From assembly GCA_965205975.1 (NCBI GenBank), contig OZ242195.1, positions 4,736,001-4,800,000 of the forward strand: a stretch of DNA of 64,000 nt. The letters are read 5' to 3'. Within the stretch, counting starts at the first letter, position 1. The number at the start of each line of letters is the position of its first letter. A program made the position numbers and the translations under genes. Below the pieces are notes generated by a model that did not search any database, had not been told where the DNA came from, and saw only the letters and a list, made by a program, of their open reading frames with translations. The stretch comes from Candidatus Latescibacterota bacterium. Its GTDB lineage: Bacteria > Latescibacterota > UBA2968. Positions 60,501-64,000 of the stretch are shown here, one piece after another.

Positions 60501-60828
60501 TGGTGGGCTGGTAGTTTTGTCCCAGAGGCCATCGGCGGGGCCATTGCGCGCCGTTGTAGGTGTGGGGCTGGCGCAGGTCGTCCAGGGTGCGGACCTGGAT
60601 GGTGGTTTTCGCGGTGTTGCCGTTGTGTGTTGCGATGAGGGTGTAGTCGCCCTGCTTTTGAGGGGAGCGCAGGTAGTAGTAGCGCGCGGTGTCCCGCTCG
60701 CACCATCGGGTGGCGATGGTTTCAAAGTGGTCGGCTGTGAGGGAGATGTTGTCGTCGGTGGCTTGTACGGGCAGGCGGAAGTTGCGGCCAGGCAGAATAA
60801 CTCTTGGCCGCCAGGGTATGTTGGGCAT
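57529..60828 (-). CDS. Large heparinase II/III-like protein with a CxxC pair
   Basis: ESTGGYN, FGD, HRHRDLL...TDLGYP, HNT motifs; CPNC...CPHC; start at MPNIP. Confidence 0.65.
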   Translation of the reverse strand: MPNIPWRPRVILPGRNFRLPVQATDDNISLTADHFETIATRWCERDTARYYYLRSPQKQGDYTLIATHNGNTAKTTIQVRTLDDLRQPHTYNGAQWPRRWPLGQNYQPTKTRQTLQNDPKSEHLNQETLAYWSSQPDHVLWSQLPPAELPKAHFANCHQGCPNCGTAIFKYSGFYPWERNHLPCDFKSKCPHCAFVYPSNDLTKEDYISGQHADDGYGYFDAEGHIYLFAATYHRDQCRAYHAGINALTDSLRAGDRDEERTRKLGLMLLRYATEEVYLASVPQFRYGPSKSVEEPWEWGQPDWAEETDPVAALSRKGSIRYSIDTPYLIESLALAYDTAWPFLKEDTQLVERARAFGLSLQSPEDTCLFIEEMLAALLQVTLDRGAGSNLPRESQGALILLRCLDRADAQDVMDWVYDEGPDTLRVFTTNDFLPDGTPQESTGGYNAIHSDGLFDLEYDLRNLRTQHPEAYPESLYPSLFKDPRGARVPRALCEITMIGKSYFQFGDGSAPGSASIQTEDSIRLENDLFHAPMNPSVLERAIAFTSDPHLREIQSAVQNKQHRALGPTILDSVGIAILRTPEAPERAAVGIAYGDTMHHRHRDLLDVQLFAFDRPFLTDLGYPQSWASTSLWEAHWATHNTIWADLPPGEPTSAGRGRLVRALFTDGIQILDIEATRWALDPSGGWRKLDITFRRLVALIETDGEGIALLDLSRIAGGTEHWRTCRGLEGIYQTDNVDLKPQPGTVAGPDIQRTQTDNLSHPDHTALAYMDSVTTAQAPPTFRGTWQSQIEPAVHLGLHQLNTSPNTRVVNARAAQAMGKPEESNYLYHPLLWRRTPQNDTTCIDLVFEPHIGNPTIARTIAIPSNNPTAAGIHLTTAQGKQIALYWAPNASPNDKTQFENGVALTGALAVVADGQISTMGATAFQNAEKTLTNPHARQTGRIIALNRDTCTIDIEGLEGIAAGDRITINPDGRAHSYRIEAAKQLDAHIHRLTLDVTSILGRAKIIAIENNKIDLGFHIMAKSGNLHGTRLQTEISGDWAVIANAQNAGTWPPGKIRTTIYLDPNNNKLQNLSPGTWVQAVDYVIGDPVLFEPLCRG

Positions 60829-60850
60829 GGCGAGGTCCTTTGATTGAGTA

Positions 60851-60997
60851 ACTGACGTTACGTATGTCAGGCGTTTTGTCATGCTGAGCGTAGCCGAAGC
60901 ATCTTTACCACCTGTGTTGGTATGAGCTTCTTCGCCTCCACTGCGTTACGGCTCAGAATGACAGGTGCATCATAGTGTGCTTCTGCGTAACATCAGT
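60851..60997. repeat. MITE-like nested foldback element
   Basis: Outer IR ACTGACGTTACG / CGTAACATCAGT; inner IR TGTCATGCTGAGC / GCTCAGAATGACA. Confidence 0.7.
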
Positions 60998-61104
60998 AAG
61001 TAATAGATACAATCAGAATATATTGAGAATCGGAATTTATCAAGACCGATTTTGTATGCTGTTCGCTCGCTGTTCCTCAGTAAAACTTGCATTTACCAAA
61101 TAGC

Positions 61105-61319
61105 CCGTAAAGCCCACAGCCTTTAGGCGTGGGAAGCAGACGCGAGTTGGCGAGCGTTGTTTTGCAAGGGCTTATGGTTTTGGGTTTGCTTTAGCCTGAG
61201 TGCTCTTTCTGCTTGACAAAAGCGATACATAAGTGCATATTTTTACTATGCTTAAATCATTTAAATATAGATTGAGACAGACCAAAAAACAAGAGAATAA
61301 TGGACTATCTAAACAATGA
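61105..61319 (+). mobile_element. IS200/IS605 remnant: end hairpin, promoter and tnpB N-terminal stub
   Basis: AAGCCCACAGCCTTTAGGCGTGGG hairpin; TTGACA-N17-CATATT; 61248-61319 encodes MLKSFKYRLRQTKKQE. Confidence 0.7.
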
Positions 61320-61434
61320 CTGATTGCGTTGCCTTCATGCGCTCGGCAAGTTGTGCTTGCGTGAGCCTGGCACCAATTCGGGCCTCAATCAGCACGCGAG
61401 CCAGGTCAAACTCCAGGCCAAGTTCAATGTACCC
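61309..61434 (-). pseudogene. HigA-like XRE antitoxin fragment
   Basis: Translation YIELGLEFDLARVLIEARIGARLTQAQLAERMKATQSVI then stop. Confidence 0.7.
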
Positions 61435-61633
61435 TCTCGCCTTTCATCTGCGTCCATCTGCGGATTAAATTCGGTTAGTGTGCAATACAGCATATATAGA
61501 GCACAATAGGGTGTTCAGCCGTCTTGCAATACGCCCCACAGCACTCAATTTTTGGAGAATGACCATTTGTTGGCATGATTTTTGCTTTGTGTTTGACTGT
61601 CCCACGCACCCCATCAGACACGAGGCATTCCAC

Positions 61634-62515
61634 ATGGCCGAATATGACACCATCTCCAAAGACCTCATTCAAACCTACCCCAAAGACTTCATCCGCCTCA
61701 CATTCGGACAGGACGATGTAGAAGTCCTCGACATACTCGACACAGAGCAAAACACCGTTGAAACACGACATACTGATAGCCTCATTCGCGTCCACATTGC
61801 GGGCAAAGAGACATTGATCCATCACGAGTTTCAGACGACTGACGATCCATCTATGCCGCTCCGCATGGCGGGCTATATTATACGTGCGATTGAGCAGCAC
61901 AACCTGCCGATTTATTCCAGTGTGATCTACTTGCGGCGCAGTGCAGGTCGGCGCGATCCGGGGCACTTTATTCATGAAATATCCGGCCATCTTGCTGTGA
62001 TCAAATACACAGTGGTTCGGCTGAGTGAGATAGAGGGACAGGACATTATTGATGGCGGACCTTCGGGCTTGTTTCCATTTGTGCCGTTGATGAAACGTCC
62101 GTCTGGGATAGATTCAGAGACGTGGTTGCGTCACTGTGTTGACGCGACGAATGGGTTGCCGGTGGATGAATCAATAAAGGTTGACTTTTTAGGTAGGTTG
62201 ATGATATTGAGTGGGTTAGAGTATGATCCGCTACTGATCAATCGTATTCTATTACAGGAGGGTCTTATGGATGCCATTATGCGCGAATCATCGTCTGCAC
62301 AATACATCAAGCAATTAGGTATTGAGCAAGGGGGCAGGCAACGCGCCATTGAAGATATTCTCGAAATATTGGAGATTCGATTTGATATGCCCGAAACACA
62401 CCCCCTATCTCCTCGCATTGCCGCGATTGACGATTTGCAACGTCTGAAGCAGTTGCACCGTGCGGCGATACAGGTGCCAAATCTCGAGGCATTTCAGCGC
62501 GTGTTCGATGCGTGA
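61634..62515 (+). CDS. Rpn/YhgA-like PD-(D/E)XK nuclease
   Basis: YD..SK.L, TDSL, IHHEFQT, MPLRMAGY motifs; C-terminal GIEQG...LE.RF. Confidence 0.8.
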   Translation: MAEYDTISKDLIQTYPKDFIRLTFGQDDVEVLDILDTEQNTVETRHTDSLIRVHIAGKETLIHHEFQTTDDPSMPLRMAGYIIRAIEQHNLPIYSSVIYLRRSAGRRDPGHFIHEISGHLAVIKYTVVRLSEIEGQDIIDGGPSGLFPFVPLMKRPSGIDSETWLRHCVDATNGLPVDESIKVDFLGRLMILSGLEYDPLLINRILLQEGLMDAIMRESSSAQYIKQLGIEQGGRQRAIEDILEILEIRFDMPETHPLSPRIAAIDDLQRLKQLHRAAIQVPNLEAFQRVFDA

Positions 62516-62635
62516 CGTGATTTCTATAAGCTCGACGAGATGCAGGACACTGCGTAACATCAGTTACTCAGAAGGCACATATATCTTTGATAGCGAAAGA
62601 ATTGCGCCCCATTGAAGATTTTTTGGACATGGTCT

Positions 62636-63413
62636 TCAAGCTCCATAATTTCCTGTGTTTTGCACTCGCGCTTTCATCAGCAATATCGCTCCTATCCTTC
62701 TCGCTGTATCCGCAAAGTACTGGACTTCCTCCGGCGACAACGCCCGATCAAGAACTTTATGTTCCCGATACGATAGCCATTTTTTGAGCACCTGATACCC
62801 ACCGAGCTTGTAGTCCCAAATCGCGGCAGGGATGTTGCGCCAGTAGGCGCGGTCATTCAGGTAGATATCGAAAGTAGTTTCGCCAAGCGTGAGTATGGCA
62901 TCACCCAGCGCAATGCGCTCGTCTCGCGTGTAGTCGCATTCAATAGCTCGTCCCTTGCCTGGCATCACTACACCGCCCGATCCGAAACGTCCCCACCCCG
63001 CTGTTACTGCAAAATCTTCGCCAACCAGTATAAAGTCATGGGTGTTGGTCACCAGCACGAGGCGATAGCGTTCCCAATAACGACTCACTTGATCGCTCGC
63101 TGCGACCATCCATGTGTCATCGCCCGCGGGTTTTACCTCAATCACACCGCATTCTGGTACTTGCCCCTCGCGTGGTTGGCCCTTTTGCATCTGGCGTGCA
63201 AAGACCAAGATCGGGATGACCCGCGCCTTGATCAGCTAACTCGATCACGCAAGACACCTTCGGCTTGAGCGTGTCCCCTATGGCGTTCAGCAGGTTGGCC
63301 AGCGGCCCGTAGAATGACCGCTCTCCAGTTCCCCCACCTAACGCGCGAATCCGTTGCAGGTCATTGAAGTAGATTTCAACTGCTTTCTTTACTTGTATCG
63401 TCGTTTTTGTCAT
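62636..63413 (-). pseudogene. Type ISP restriction-modification enzyme remnant with frameshift and large internal deletion
   Basis: N-term GERSFY, GAGHPD, GVIEVK, VLVTN joined directly to C-term WDYKLGGYQVLKKWLSYRE; no methyltransferase motifs. Confidence 0.8.
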
Positions 63414-63448
63414 GATTCGTCAGCACCTCTGCTGGTGTGTCGCGTATT

Positions 63449-64000
63449 TTATTTTCTCTTATCGCCCGGCTTTCGCACCGGGTATTCATAACGGTCTCCC
63501 ATGGCGTCGTAGGAGACGTTTAGCTGGCCGTTTTCGACAACGAGGCGAGGCGTGTTTCTGGTTCGGACATCGCGGGTGGAGCCGCGCATGACGGCGAATT
63601 GGGCTTCGGTCATGCCTTCGACTATGTCTTCTCCCCAGCGGTCTTCGGGTTCGATGGCGCCGCCGCTCCAGGAGTGGTGACGGGACTGGTATGTGAAGAA
63701 GATGGACCGACGGCTGATGTCGGATTTCCAGGCCCAGGCGCCGTGGGTGAGGACGGTGTCCATAAAGAAGAGGATGTCGCCGGCTTTTGGGACTGGTTGA
63801 CGGATGGTACCCATGTCGTCGTCGCTGGTGCGGATGCCTTCGGGCATGCGGTAATAGGCTTTGTGGCTTCCCGGGACGCAGACGAACCCACCGCCGCCAG
63901 GGGTTGTGTCGTGCAATTGCCAGACAGCGCGGACAAATTCGGCATGGCTGCGGCCGTTCTGGAAGACGTAGCTTCGGGAGGGTGTGAGGGGTTCGTTGCC
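63449..64000 (-). CDS. PhyH-family protein (5' end off window)
   Basis: Open frame to window end; VWQLHD...GGGF..VPGSHKA, KAGD.LFF....THG motifs. Confidence 0.82.
   Translation of the reverse strand, partial: GNEPLTPSRSYVFQNGRSHAEFVRAVWQLHDTTPGGGGFVCVPGSHKAYYRMPEGIRTSDDDMGTIRQPVPKAGDILFFMDTVLTHGAWAWKSDISRRSIFFTYQSRHHSWSGGAIEPEDRWGEDIVEGMTEAQFAVMRGSTRDVRTRNTPRLVVENGQLNVSYDAMGDRYEYPVRKPGDKRK

Noticed and set aside
61248..61319. Functional TnpB RNA-guided nuclease
   Set aside because: Only a 23 aa N-terminal stub remains, with no RuvC domain

Overview
Bacterial chromosomal window rich in PhyH-family Fe(II)/2-oxoglutarate dioxygenases (10 copies), sulfatases, glycoside hydrolases, TPP enzymes, a GWxTD/TPR protein and a DUF6785-like membrane protein. 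This gene content resembles Poribacteria/Latescibacterota-type symbionts (inference only). About 3.3-17.3 kb is a decayed defence island ending at the 3' side of tRNA-Val(GAC). It holds a HicB chimera, McrBC, a broken ATPase/DUF4276 pair, an IS630, an apparently intact pair of a PLD-SF2 helicase and a second PLD nuclease, and several 5'-truncated gene stubs. An AT-rich tract with three DnaA-box matches at about 21.4-21.6 kb lies close to a by-eye switch from C-rich to G-rich + strand (candidate oriC). About 26.3-30.4 kb is a glycosyltransferase + Cys-rich secreted peptide + GWxTD cassette. About 36.5-60.8 kb is a long minus-strand catabolic cluster for sulfated glycans. The right end carries an inverted-repeat-bounded Rpn cassette and an internally deleted Type ISP R-M gene. 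No CRISPR array or rRNA was seen. All family calls come from motif recognition, not database searches.
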